64,000 nt of DNA from Lama guanicoe. Lineage: Eukaryota. Shown piece after piece: positions 1 to 11,620 of this stretch. The stretch is taken from positions 845,566-909,565 of the forward strand of contig MU053365.1 of assembly GCA_013239625.1 (NCBI GenBank). Reading direction: 5' to 3'. The stretch's first letter is position 1. Every line of letters starts with the position of its first letter. The notes under the pieces are model-generated. The model did no database searches, was not told the DNA's origin, and saw only the letters and a program-made list of their open reading frames with translations. Both the position numbers and the translations under genes were made by a program.

Positions 1-466
1 ACTGACCTGACCCAGAAGTAACAAGGATGACAGAACTAGTAGATCAGGACATTAAAACTGCATTTCACCTGTTCAAGAAGCCAGAGGAAACACTGCACAT
101 GTCAAATAGAGACACGGAACCCATGAAAAAGATCCCAACGGAACTTCCAGAGATGAAAATGATGATGCATGAAATGAAACAAACCTTGGCTTAAGATTGA
201 CAGCAGGTTAGACATGGAATGAGAAGAGATGAACACATTTGCTAGACTTAGAAATGAGAATCATCCAAAATGAAACACAGAGAGAAGGAATCACCCCCAA
301 AGTAAACAGACCACCAGTGAGCTGTGAGACGACTTCAAGCTGCCTAATATCTGCGTAATTGGAGTCCCCAAAGGGAAAGAGAGGAGTTGCAGGGAAAAAA
401 ACTGATGAATTAATCATCAAAAAATTCCTAATTTTGATGAAAAGTATAAGCCCACACATCCAAGAA
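1..466 (+). mobile_element. Old L1 (L1M-type) ORF1-region fragment, decayed
   Basis: A-rich sequence with L1 ORF1-like motifs (gaacttccagagatgaaaat; aattggagtccc; cctaattttgatgaaaa...cacatccaagaa). No intact ORF. Confidence 0.7.
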
Positions 467-670
467 AAGGGCTATTGAACAATCCAGGTGAGAGTTAATT
501 GTAATTTAAATTAGAGGAGTCGCAGTGAAGGTAGTTAGAATTGGTCAGATTCTAGACATATTTTGAGAATAAAGCCAATAGGATTCCTTGATGTTTTGGA
601 TTTAGATTGTGTGAAAGGATTCAAGAAATCACTCCAAAAGTTTTGGCCAGAGGAACTAGAAGGCTGAAAC
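467..670 (-). mobile_element. L2 LINE fragment
   Basis: Antisense L2-type motifs (aatccaggtgagag; gattctagacatattttgag; ccaataggatt). Confidence 0.6.
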
Positions 671-2959
671 ATGGCAAATGACTTTCATTTGAGAGGGACC
701 CTGTTGTAATAGGAACCATCAGCTCAGACCTAAGCTGACAATTTCTCAACTTTCTGATTTAGAAACCTATTTCTGTGTTAGTTTTTACCACTAGCCTTTG
801 GTAACCAGAGCAACAATAAATCGTTAAGATGAAAATTACTCACAAAGTCTTTCTGGGGAGACTTCAAGCTCCAACTTCCAAAATGGTTCTTGAATGGGAA
901 TTTCTAGAACTTTTCCATCAAACCAGGCTCTCAGCCCACTTGCAGACAGAATGGATTCTCATCAAAGATACAGCTATCTAAGCATCCAGATGTTGTGGTT
1001 TGCCATTTCATAATTAGAACTCCGTTCTTAGAAACAGAGAGGACACTAGAATGCTGTGTACATTTCAGCTGCCAGCAGCCAACCAGAATGCAGTGTCCAG
1101 GGCTTACTTTTGCTGCTACCTATTGGCTGCAGTGGAATGGTTTCCCAACATCATTTGCGACACTGGAACATTCTCTGCTTCCAGATCTTGCCTGGATGTG
1201 TCCAGGAACTCATGTGTTAACTGCCAGATTAGTAGGAATAGAAGAATGGCGGGGGACATATCTTTTTTAGGTGAACTAACTTCGTAAATGGGATTCAGGG
1301 ATGACAGAGGAACAGAAAAAATTAAGCATCATGGTATTTCATTGGCAATATAATTTATAAATGGACAACATGACTGACATATTTCTCATCATTAAAGAAA
1401 GGTAAGAAAAAGAGTTAGTTGGATTGTTCTTTACTAATTGAATGAAAAGGCAATTTTAAAGGAAAATGCATAATCTTGCTAGATGGAAGCCTCCCTTCTG
1501 TTTTGGATTCAGAGCCCGTGCTTTGAGAAAGTCTTCCTGGAACTTCAGTATTAACTCATCGAAAGAATGAGGTCCCGGAGAGCATTCTTTCTACTCTATA
1601 ACAAATGCAAGTTGGTCTGTGGTAAGGGGCTGACATACTAACATGAATATAGCTATTTTTTTTCGTTTTTTGAATATAGCTATTTTGATTTGATAAATTT
1701 CCTGAAGACCTATAAGGCACTGTGCCACAAAAGGGGGGGTGGGAGAGGGAGTGGAGTGGGTGTGGCAAAGGGAGATTGGAAGAGGAGAATACAAAAGGCT
1801 GATCAGAATTTTTGCTTTGTAGAGGCTCACAGGCTAGTGGAGGCACACAAATAACCATCTTATGAGCTGAAGGCTGACTGGTGCCTGGGGGTCCTTTTAG
1901 GACACAGTCATGATCGCTCAGGGTCGGTTCAGCTCGCAGAGTGGTTGCTCAGAAGTCTACAAGTCAGTCTTTACACTCTGACTTTTCAGAATCGGGGCGA
2001 AAGACAGCAGAGGCCTATCTCCACCTGGAAGTTTCCACAGCTTGATTTTGTTAGGCCTAAGTCTATCCTGAGAAGGGCAGTAGGCCATTCTAGCCAAGAA
2101 GGGGCTAGTCAGAAAATAGACACGAATCAGTCAGCTTAAGTGAAAGAAATTGTGCAGATTCCCACCCAAACCGAAATGCAGACTGAAGTGAAACTTTTCT
2201 TGGGTCTGAAAAAGTTTCATAACCATCCTCAGGATGTATTTCATTTTCATGCCTGTTTGCATGCTTCACGGCTTCCTAGTTCTACTAAAAGCAGAAGTGC
2301 CAAAATATTTTAATGAAGTTTCTTCTTATGGCACCAAAAGCCAGGTGTTAACAGTCAACAATATGGCAGGAAGAGGATGTAGACATTCCTAAGAGAATGG
2401 AACCTTCCCTCGAGGAGCAGCCACATGATCTGGCCATGACCTTTGTGTTGGCCTTTTTCTACACTGTGCTTTGAATTTATGGGGGAGCCCCATTTGGGAT
2501 CCTGAAGCAGTCTGTAGGTAAGGAGAGACTGATTTTCCCATATGTAACTTAAGACAACTGAAATGCAGAGAGATACACTCTGTCCCTGGCAGAGTCGCAG
2601 GGGTAAACACTGTTGGTCCCTCATTGATTCACAAAATAGGGAAGCTTCTCTTTAAAGACGCATCACCATTACTTACCTCGCCTTCTCCAGAGGCAGCTGT
2701 GTTCACTCAGCAAACGATCACATACTCACCTGCAATTAATTTGAGAAAAGTGTTGTTAAATCAGGAGCTACAAGTGGCTGCAGTTGTGTAAGACACTGGA
2801 TTTCAATTTCAATTGTTAATGACATCATCATTAATAAACAAGTCCATCCTCCCACCCTCAAGATTGAAAGCTGAGGATGTAGGAAAGGATATAGGGAAGT
2901 TTTGGGGAGATTTATCCCAAAGTCAGGAACTTCAGCTTTTAGCTTCCGTTCACCAGCAG

Positions 2960-4360
2960 TGGTCAGTGGACATAGGAGTGAAGGGTGAGTTTCCAGGAGA
3001 GAAAGAGTCTGGCACATTCGAGGAACCACAACTCCGACTGGCACACATTGGGGGAGTGCTGGTGTTGGAAAGCAGCTAAGGCAGAACACAGACACCAGAT
3101 CCAAATCCCAAAGGGCCTTAGAGCCACAGAAGGAGTCTGGACTTTTCCAAGAATACTGAGGGAGCAGCTGAAAGGTTTTAAATAAGGAGCGTTACACGGT
3201 TGTGTTTGAGGCTGGTTGGTTGGTTTGTTTACGATGGCTAGATTGAGTTACTAGAGTCAGGAAGGCCAGGCTGCTAAGTCTAGGTGAACTACGATGGAAC
3301 CCTGAGCTGGGGCAGCAAGAGTAGGCATGTATTCATCCATCTAACAGATGTTACTGCTTGTCCACTCTGCACTAGACTCTGGGCTTGATCCTGGGCAACG
3401 CTAGTGCGCACGTGCGAAAACATCACTCTGGGCCTGGAGCTTGCGTTGGGGTGGGGGATGGGAGAGGGGATTATGCCTTTTCTCCTGTCAAACCTCGAGG
3501 CTGAGTTTTGTGTGCAGTGCAACTTCTCCCACTGGACATAAGCAACTTGGGAGCAAGTGCAATGTCTTAGTGATCTTGACACCTCTGACCCTGGCAGGAA
3601 TACTGGTATGAACATTAGTATGTGCTCAGTAAGTGTTAGCTGTGAGACTGCAAATCGTGCTTTTATGAGAATTGATGAAATAATCTTTGCAACCGGCCAG
3701 AAAATAGGTCCGCTGTATACAAGGCACTATGCCAACCGAAGTCACTTTTGGATTGTTCCCCTATTCCAACCTTACAGAGTTCAACAACTTATATAGGGAA
3801 AGAGCCATTTTAAACAGCTGAGACCTTTTCTCTGCTATAAGTGCTTAAAGCAGCATGCTCCTTCTGACCCCCGCCTATTGCTTCTCACTGTTGGTAATTT
3901 TCCAATCATTTGTGTTTATTTGAATAACATCTCTTTTCTCCTCTAAGGCTTTGAGCTCCTCGAGAGCAGGGATTTCTGTTTCTGCTCACCACTGTATTCC
4001 CAGCAGCTAGTGCAGAGGCTGGCGCAGAGTAGATACTCAATAAATATTTACCAAATGAGCGACTCAATGAACAGATGGATGAAAGACCAATTAATCCCAA
4101 CTGGAGAAGCTTTGCAAAAAGTCCCTGGGCATTTGAGCTGGGCCTTGAAGAGGAGGTGGTTCTTCCAAAGCGGGATAGTGGTGTGGGTGGGAGGAGGGGC
4201 AGGGACATTCTTGTAAGAAAAGCTAAAACAGGCGAAGGCCCCCGAGGGCAAAGGCCGCTTGCACAAAAGTTTCAGGCAACAGCGAGTGGTTGGCTGTGGT
4301 TGGCACACAGGATGTGTGCAGACTGGTGGTGGGCAATGAAACTGGAGAAGTGGAGACCAC
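2960..4360. mobile_element. Cluster of L2 and MIR fragments in mixed orientation
   Basis: An L2 3' end at about 3940-4085 (gagctcctcgagagcaggg...ctcaataaatattt...tgaa), purine-rich antisense L2 pieces, and a MIR-like piece at about 3605-3740. Confidence 0.6.
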
Positions 4361-4464
4361 GCGGCGAAGGGCCACGAGAGCAACACGAGCAACTGCCATT
4401 CGTGAAAGCGCAGCAGGGAGGCTCCTGATGTGCATCGTTCCTACTGCGCACACTAACCTGTCAC

Positions 4465-4647
4465 GGTGGTTCGGCAAGTGTGAGCCTCGGACCACAGCAG
4501 CAGATCACCAGGCAACTCATTACAAATGCAGGTTCTTGAGTCCATCCCAGACATACAGAATCTATAGCTCCGGGGGTGGGTCCTAGCACCCTTTTAACAA
4601 GCCCTCCAGGGGATTCTGATGTACTCTAAATGCGGGGAACACTGCCT
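4465..4647. mobile_element. MER5A-like hAT-Charlie non-autonomous DNA transposon
   Basis: Characteristic motifs aaatgcaggttcttgagtcc...cagaatct...ttttaacaagccctccaggggattctgatg. Confidence 0.75.
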
Positions 4648-5345
4648 TCTAAGTTAGGAATTTTATCCTATGTTTTACAGGTATAAAAACTAAATTCTAA
4701 GAGGTGCAGAAACTTGCCTAGGGTCATACAGCCAGTTAACGGTCCAGCTGACTTGTCTAACCCTCAAACCCCTGATCTTCTGATATCATAGTGCCTTGCT
4801 CTGACGGGAGATATTTTTTCTGAAGACACTGGTGCGTCCCACAACATTTTTAATGAGAGGAATGACTTGATCACAGACATTCAGCTTCAGACAAGTAGAA
4901 AAGGACAGAGAATGGTCCAGGGACAGGGATAGGTTTCCTGAAGCCGAGAAGCATAGAATCGTCTAGATCCAAGGGCAGAGGGAGTGACTCCAAGGTCAAC
5001 AAAGGTCACAAAGCTTGGGTGCTTAGGTCTTTGAGGCTCTCTTCTTCTAAATCTGATCAGAAGCTTCTTCCAAAAGCAATTATTGTTTTCATTCATTTTA
5101 AAGTACCTGATACACTGGTTTGTACAAAGCAGGCACTCCACAATGCTTTGAATTATTGAATTGACCATGGGATTTATTAACTAAATATAAGTCACTTATA
5201 TATAGCTCTTTCCTTGAGAAGATGGCAATCTACTCAGAGAGATAAAATGTGTAAATGAAACCCCAGAATATTTTCAAAATCATAGATAATGAATCCTGAC
5301 AATGGGGAACAAACTAACATCTAAAGTTCCAAAGAGGCAGACATT

Positions 5346-5816
5346 GCCAAAACGATAATGAAGAAAAAGAACAAAGCTGGAGAAATAACTCTCCCAGACT
5401 TCAGACAATACTACAGAGCAACAGCAATCAAAGCAGTGTGGTATTGGCAAAAAAAAAAACAAAGCATGGATCAATGGAACAGACTAGAGAGCCCAGAAAT
5501 AAACCCACACACCTACAGTCAATTAATCTTTGACAAAGGAGGCAAGAACATACAATGGACAAAAGACAAGTCTCTTCAGCCAGTGGTGTTGGGAAAACTG
5601 GACAGCCACATGTAAATCAATGAAGTTAGAACACTCCCTCACACCAGACATAAAAATAAACTCAAAACGGCTTAAAGACTTCAACATAAGACAAGACACT
5701 ATAAACCTCCTAGAAGAAAACACAGGCAAAACATTCTCTGACATAAATTGTAGCAATGTTCTCCTTAGGCAGTCTACCCAGACAATGGAAATAAAAGCAA
5801 AAACACACAAATAGGA
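5346..5816 (+). mobile_element. Internal L1 ORF2 fragment flanked by a 17-bp direct repeat, no poly(A) tail
   Basis: ORFs 5358-5615 ([29 protein letters not shown]...[24 protein letters not shown]) and 5530-5814 ([26 protein letters not shown]) are recognisable L1 ORF2p C-terminal-half sequence. ccaaagaggcagacatt occurs at 5329-5345 and 5817-5833. Confidence 0.95.
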
Positions 5817-7537
5817 CCAAAGAGGCAGACATTAAGGTATCAGATAGGGATCAAGGTGGGCATGGTTTCTTAGAAAACATCAGTCTTGAGTTGGATCTTG
5901 ACAGAAGCAATGGTAGCTTCAGAATCTTCTACAACCCAAATGTAATATAAGAGAGGTAACGTGACGTAATTGACAAAGAGAAGGAAGAAAAGAGAAGAGC
6001 AAAAGCAAAGCATAAGATCAAGGATGAGACCTTCATTCGCGTTTATGTCTGGAGATGGACACAAGTTTGTAGTACGTTTTGAATATTCTCTTTAAACCAC
6101 CTTAATTCCACTTCTGAGAGCCTATGCTCCTGGAATGGGAAGTGACCTAAGCTCAGTCATCTTTGGGGAGGCTACCACTTGGGATTAAACAAAAATCCCA
6201 GGGACTTAGGTAACACCAAAGTATTGAGCATGACACCAGCATTTCCTGGGACAAAAAATTGTCCCAGTCCCCGGGGCTCTTGAGTGCGATGGCTGTTACT
6301 TGGAGCCCCACTGTTCAGCAAGGCAGCCTAATAGTCGGCATTTTCACATGCACCTGCAACCATTCATCTCTGATTTCCTTCCACGTCCCAGCCCTGCCAG
6401 CAAGGTGGTCCAAGGCACAGTTCTGATTTCCAAACAGTAAGAGTCCCTGAGTCAAGGAATGGCCAACCCAGACAACCTACTCAAAATTGGCAAGGTAGTA
6501 GGAAATATAGAGAAGATGACAAAATTATGCATATATCTATATTCATATGCAGACACACACACACACATATATATTCATGTTCTTGCTCCTTTCATAATTA
6601 AAGCAATGAAATTTTTGGTCATGGAATTCAGCTGGGTCTTCCAAATATTGGCCAGAAGCTCTTTAAAGGCTTTGGGAGGCAAACTGCATTTATAAAATAA
6701 AACGTTGACCACATTCACTCACTCCTATTTTATATTTATATGGTGACTTTTGTACTAGATATTCAAATGTGCTTCATTATGCTTTATGACTGTAATTTGC
6801 ATACTGAAATAATATTTGAACTGAGGCTCTTGGGAGTGATTTATGATGTTTTCAACAGTTCCTGTGCTTTAGAATGAAGGCGATATAGAGCTACACAATC
6901 AGAGAACTTGAACAGCAGTGTTTGGTCTCACTCAAACTCAGCCTAAACCTTTCATTAAAAATGATGAGTTGCTAATAATGCAAAGGCCGCTGCAGCCTGG
7001 TCATTATTCTGATCGGGGTGAGGTTGAGCTGCCCCACTGACACCTGCGGCAGTTGTGATGGGCACCGTTCTCACTCCCTTGGTTTAAGGTCTGCCTGCTT
7101 TCCTGCTGCCAAGGTCTCCAAGCTTCCGGCTGGAGCCCGTAAATCCTGAGCTGGAGATTGAGCTGCCTTCTCTGAGCTGAAACCAAGCCTATTGCTGGAC
7201 ACTGGGTATGTAAAGAGTATCTGAGCTGCCTTAGAGACTCCGACGTCTTTTCTTTAACATGAGGTGCTGGGATTTGGCCAGGGGACCTTCCTGTGACAGT
7301 TGTTCACAGGGGGTCCACGGGGCTGTCCACCGCAGCTCCCAGCAGGGCAGCCCCTGTTTTTGTGCTTGCTATAATACGCTTCTACAGGAGAATTCTGTCG
7401 AGAAGGGACTCATAATAAGAGTTTGAAAACCAGTAGGCGACATGGTGGAGGAATCTCTCTCTACCCTCCTGTGCCCTGTCCTTGGTAATGATTCGGATCT
7501 CGGTGTCTTACTTATCTAGGAGCTAGGCTTCAGCCCT

Positions 7538-7905
7538 ATTATGGACTGAATTGCATCTTCCCAGACTTCATATGTTGAAGCTCTAACCCCCAGGGTGATT
7601 GTATTCAGAGATAGGGCCTTTAAAGAGGTAATTAATTAAAGTTAAGTGATGTCATAAGGGTGGAGTCCTAATCTCATAGGACAGGAACCCTTAAAAGAAG
7701 AGGAAGACACACCAGGGGTGCACCACAGAGTAAAGGCCATGCGAGGACACAGTGGGAAGGTGGCCCCCTGCAGGCCAACGAGCGAGGCCTCAGGAGAAAC
7801 CAAACCTCAGCACACCTTGATCCTGGACTTCCAGCCTCCAGCACTGTGAGAAAATAGATTCCTCTTGTTTAAGGCACCTAGTCTGTGGTATTTTGTTAAA
7901 ATAGC
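7538..7905 (+). mobile_element. MaLR solo LTR (MLT1A/B-like)
   Basis: MLT1 motifs: tattatggactgaattg...tatgttgaagctctaaccccc; ccttgatcctggacttccagcctccagcactgtgagaaaata; gtctgtggtattttgtt. Confidence 0.85.
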
Positions 7906-8059
7906 GTTAAGAAACTTTTATTAAGCCCCAATGATTCAATATTTAACTATTAATAATTGAGCACCTCCTATGTGCCCAGCACTGTTGTAGCCCTGGATAT
8001 ATTATGGTAAAGAAAACAGACACAAATCCTTATTTTTAGGTCACCTAACAAGAGGCAGA

Positions 8060-8270
8060 CTCAGGAGCCAATTGCAAAGGCCGTGTTACTTCCTAGCGCT
8101 GTGACCTTGGCCTAGCTACTCAACCTCTCTGTGCCTCAGTTTTCCATATCTACAAAGTGAGTATGGTGAGAGTTCACATTAATGTTAGAGCTATTGTGAG
8201 GATTTAAAATTATTATATGCAAAGCACTTATAATAGTATCTGGAAGGTAGCAAGTGTTAGCTGTTATTAT
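8060..8270 (+). mobile_element. MIR SINE
   Basis: MIR core: tgtgaccttggc...aacctctctgtgcctcagttttcc...aaagcactta. Confidence 0.8.
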
Positions 8271-8799
8271 TTTTACACTGTAGTCTACACAGACAAAAAA
8301 TAAACATATTACTTAGTGCCAGGTACTGAAGAGTGCTGTAAAGAACAATAAAGCAGGTAGGGGACTGAGAATGATAGAGGCAGGAAAGACTTCTCAGGGG
8401 GTCTTTTAAGCATAGCCCAGAATATTTATTAGCCCTGAACAAACTGAATTCAACTGAGTAAACTAAATAGCATCTTGAATGATCTGGATGGGCAAGTCAG
8501 ACAAAGAACATTCTCGGCAAAGAGAATATCAGGTGCAAAGGCCCTGGGGTTGGAAGGCGTTTGGAATGTTACAGGAACCATGAAGAGGCCAGTGCAGGAG
8601 AGCAAGATGAGCAGTGCAGAGAATGGATGAAATTAGGTCAGGGAGACCAGGAGGAATCAGTTAGTAGAGGATTTGATGAAGTCAGAACTCCCCCGACTTC
8701 CCTGATTCGTGGCAATCACCTTGGGCCCATGTTAAATAAACCAGTCACCAGGGATTTTCCTCTGGAAACTCCAATTCAATAGTCTTAAAACCTACTACA

Positions 8800-10220
8800 T
8801 GAGAGGTACCATTTGGGGCACTGAGGATACATCAATTAAAAGAAAACACAGACAAAAAAACTTCTGTCTCAATGAGGCATATTCTAATATGGAAGACAGA
8901 AAATGAACATTTTAAAAATATGTTGTACATGGGCTATTGCTACATGCTAAACCACAGACAAAACCAAAGCTACTAGGTGGACCTGGCAGTGCTGGGGATA
9001 GCGGTGGGTTGCACTCGTGTACAGGATCATCAAGTCTGCGCTGGAGATACAAACTGAGGCGCTGTCAGCATGTAGATGGTCGTTACAGCTGTGAGACTGG
9101 CTGAGACCACCAGGGGAGCGAGCAAGGTAGAGAAGAAGTCCAAGGACTGACTCTGGGCAACTCTAGTGTTTAGATTGGGGAGGTGAAGCAGAGTCAGCAA
9201 AGGAGACTGAGAATAAGCAGGCCGCAAGTGAGCGAGGAGGAAAACCCAGAGTCTGGGTGTCCTGACTGTTAAGTGAAGAAGGCACTTTCAGGAGAAGGGA
9301 CTACTCACTGTGTTGCTAGGTCAGGTAAGATGAGAACTAAGAAATGACCACTAGATTTAGCACAGACAGTTTATCAGTTTAATAGGAGGGAAGACAGGCA
9401 GGTAGGTGTGGTGGGAGTCTGCGGAAACTATTTGGATTGCTTCCATTTTCTCAGGGAAAAGGAAGCATCATTATCAGCCAGAAATCAAGATGGAGGGGCA
9501 GCGATGGAAGTGTGGGGAGTGAGGAGAAGGTATGAAATCATCACCTTGGGGAGTGGGTGAGTACGAGGGCCTAACAAATAGTGTGCCACTGCTAAGCAGC
9601 AAGCACTAAGGATTGCTGCTGAGGGTCATAGCTGTGAATTTAAAGGAAGAGCAGCCAGCATCTTCGTGGGGTTTTTCCTCGTCATTTATAATTACAAAGT
9701 AGGTGTGGTCTTGCTAAGCAAAGTGAGAGGGGAGCAAGGCTATTGAGGATACATACAGAAAGCAAGTATAATGCTTGGCCATGGAATTCAAGAGGGAAGA
9801 GAGGACATCAGGTAGGTGAGAGACGGTGAAAAGTTTGTAGTATCAATGGGTCGTAGGGTCTGCTATGATTGAAGGGACGGTTGGAGATCAGGCATTGGAC
9901 AGAATGAGCCACAAAGATTGAAAGTGGTGAAAAGAGACTAGGATGTGAGAAACTGCAGTTGTAGGGGGAGCAGTTATTCGTAACAACAAGAGGGAGGGCG
10001 TGGCCATGGGAGTGACTGGCTGAAGGATATGGAACCAGGTCAGTAGAGGAGGGAAGAGTTCAAGGAACTGAGAAGCCAAGGTGTTGGAAGGGTCATCTAT
10101 GTCAGTAGTGAAATTGCCAATAATTAATGCAGGAGTGGTTTTGGAGAGAGGGACAGTGAGCCAGGGGCTAAAATCATCGAAAAGGAAAAAAGAAACTAGG
10201 GTAAGTGGCCCAAGCACTAG
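8800..10220 (-). mobile_element. Long L2 LINE fragment including an endonuclease-domain remnant
   Basis: Minus ORF 9888-10292 contains PALIIGNFTTDIDDPSNTLASQFLELF, matching the APE-like endonuclease GDFN region of L2/CR1 ORF2. Purine-rich antisense L2 sequence throughout. Confidence 0.8.
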
Positions 10221-10979
10221 GAGAAGAAAACAACAGCGTGGCCCGGGGGAGAAGATACTGTCGTCTGGCATGAGATTAAAAACTTCTAACAAAAACTCTG
10301 GGTGATTCTTACCTTCAGGATAGTTTGTGAAACACTACCCAGGCCATATTAAGGACTGCAGATGTTATTCTGAGTGTGATGGGAAGACACTGGAGGAGCC
10401 TGAGCATGGGAGCGACAGAAGCCCTGCTTAGTAACCCAGTTTATCCCAGCAACTGCATTTTTGCCCTTATTCGTTTACTGCCCAGGCGTGTCCTCACCAA
10501 TCAGCGGCCTGCTTCCTCCTTAATCAAACACATTCCCCAAAACTGGGCCTCTGGACCAAACTCCCTATCTTTTGACGTCACAAATTAATTTCCTGATTTT
10601 GCTTGTCCTTTTGGACTCACTTCCCTGTGAGTGGGCCCCTAAGATAGCCCAGTCTCTAAGCATGTCTCCATACTCCTCAGCCCAAGCAGGTTACCTGGAC
10701 TCATGGTTCCAGTCTGGGGGAGACTTGCCATGATTCCAGTTTACACGTGTGCTGGGCTATGTATTATGGTAGGTTAATGAAGCGTGTGGGCCAAGTAGCA
10801 TCAGAAATGGAAATCATGTAGTTTCGGTTTCGTTAAAAAGTAGGAAAGTTTCCGTTGTTAAAGGAAGGGCCATTAAGTGTGTAGCAAACCAAGTCCCTGC
10901 TCTTTGGGAAGTCGTTAGCATGGAAAAATTAAATGGAAATGTGGCAAACTTGTCATTTCCTTGACAGATAATGCTAGAA

Positions 10980-11620
10980 GTCATTCACACGGTCATGCAT
11001 TCATTCATCAAATGATTAGTAACTACCTCCTGTGTATAGCCACTCTTACGGGCAGCAGAGAGATAACAGGGAAGAACCCAAACAGAGGCTCTGATCTGAT
11101 GGGACTTGACAGTCTAGCAAGAGAGACTGAAAATAAAAAAGTAAACACATATATAAGGTGATTTCAGAAAGTGACAAGGGCCTTGAAGGTAATAAAATGG
11201 AACTCTAGAGGGCTTATTCTGTGCCAAGCATTGTTCTAAGTGACTTTGTCTACTTAGCCTACTTCATCCTTACAGTAATCATAAAATTGGCACTATTATT
11301 ATCACATTTTACAGATGAGGAAACTGAAGCCCGGGAATATTAAATAATGTACATACCTGAGCAAGTCACTTAACTTTGTGATTCTGTTTCTTCCCCTGTA
11401 AAATGGGAATAATGACAATAATTATAACTACGGTGAAGAGTTGTTTTTATGATTAAGGGAATTCATGTATGTAAAGGATTCAGAACAATCCCCAGCACAT
11501 AGGAAGTGAGAGCTGTTATTCCATTTTACGGATGAGGAAACCAAGTTTCTGAACAGTTAAGTATGTTGCACATGTTCACACATTGAATAAGTGAAAAATG
11601 GCGGCTATGGAATGAATACT
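10980..11620. mobile_element. L2 3'-end fragment followed by several MIR fragments
   Basis: tcattcattcatcaa (L2 tail, antisense); MIR motifs ttttacagatgaggaaactgaag and gcaagtcacttaact...ctgtaaaatggg. Confidence 0.75.
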
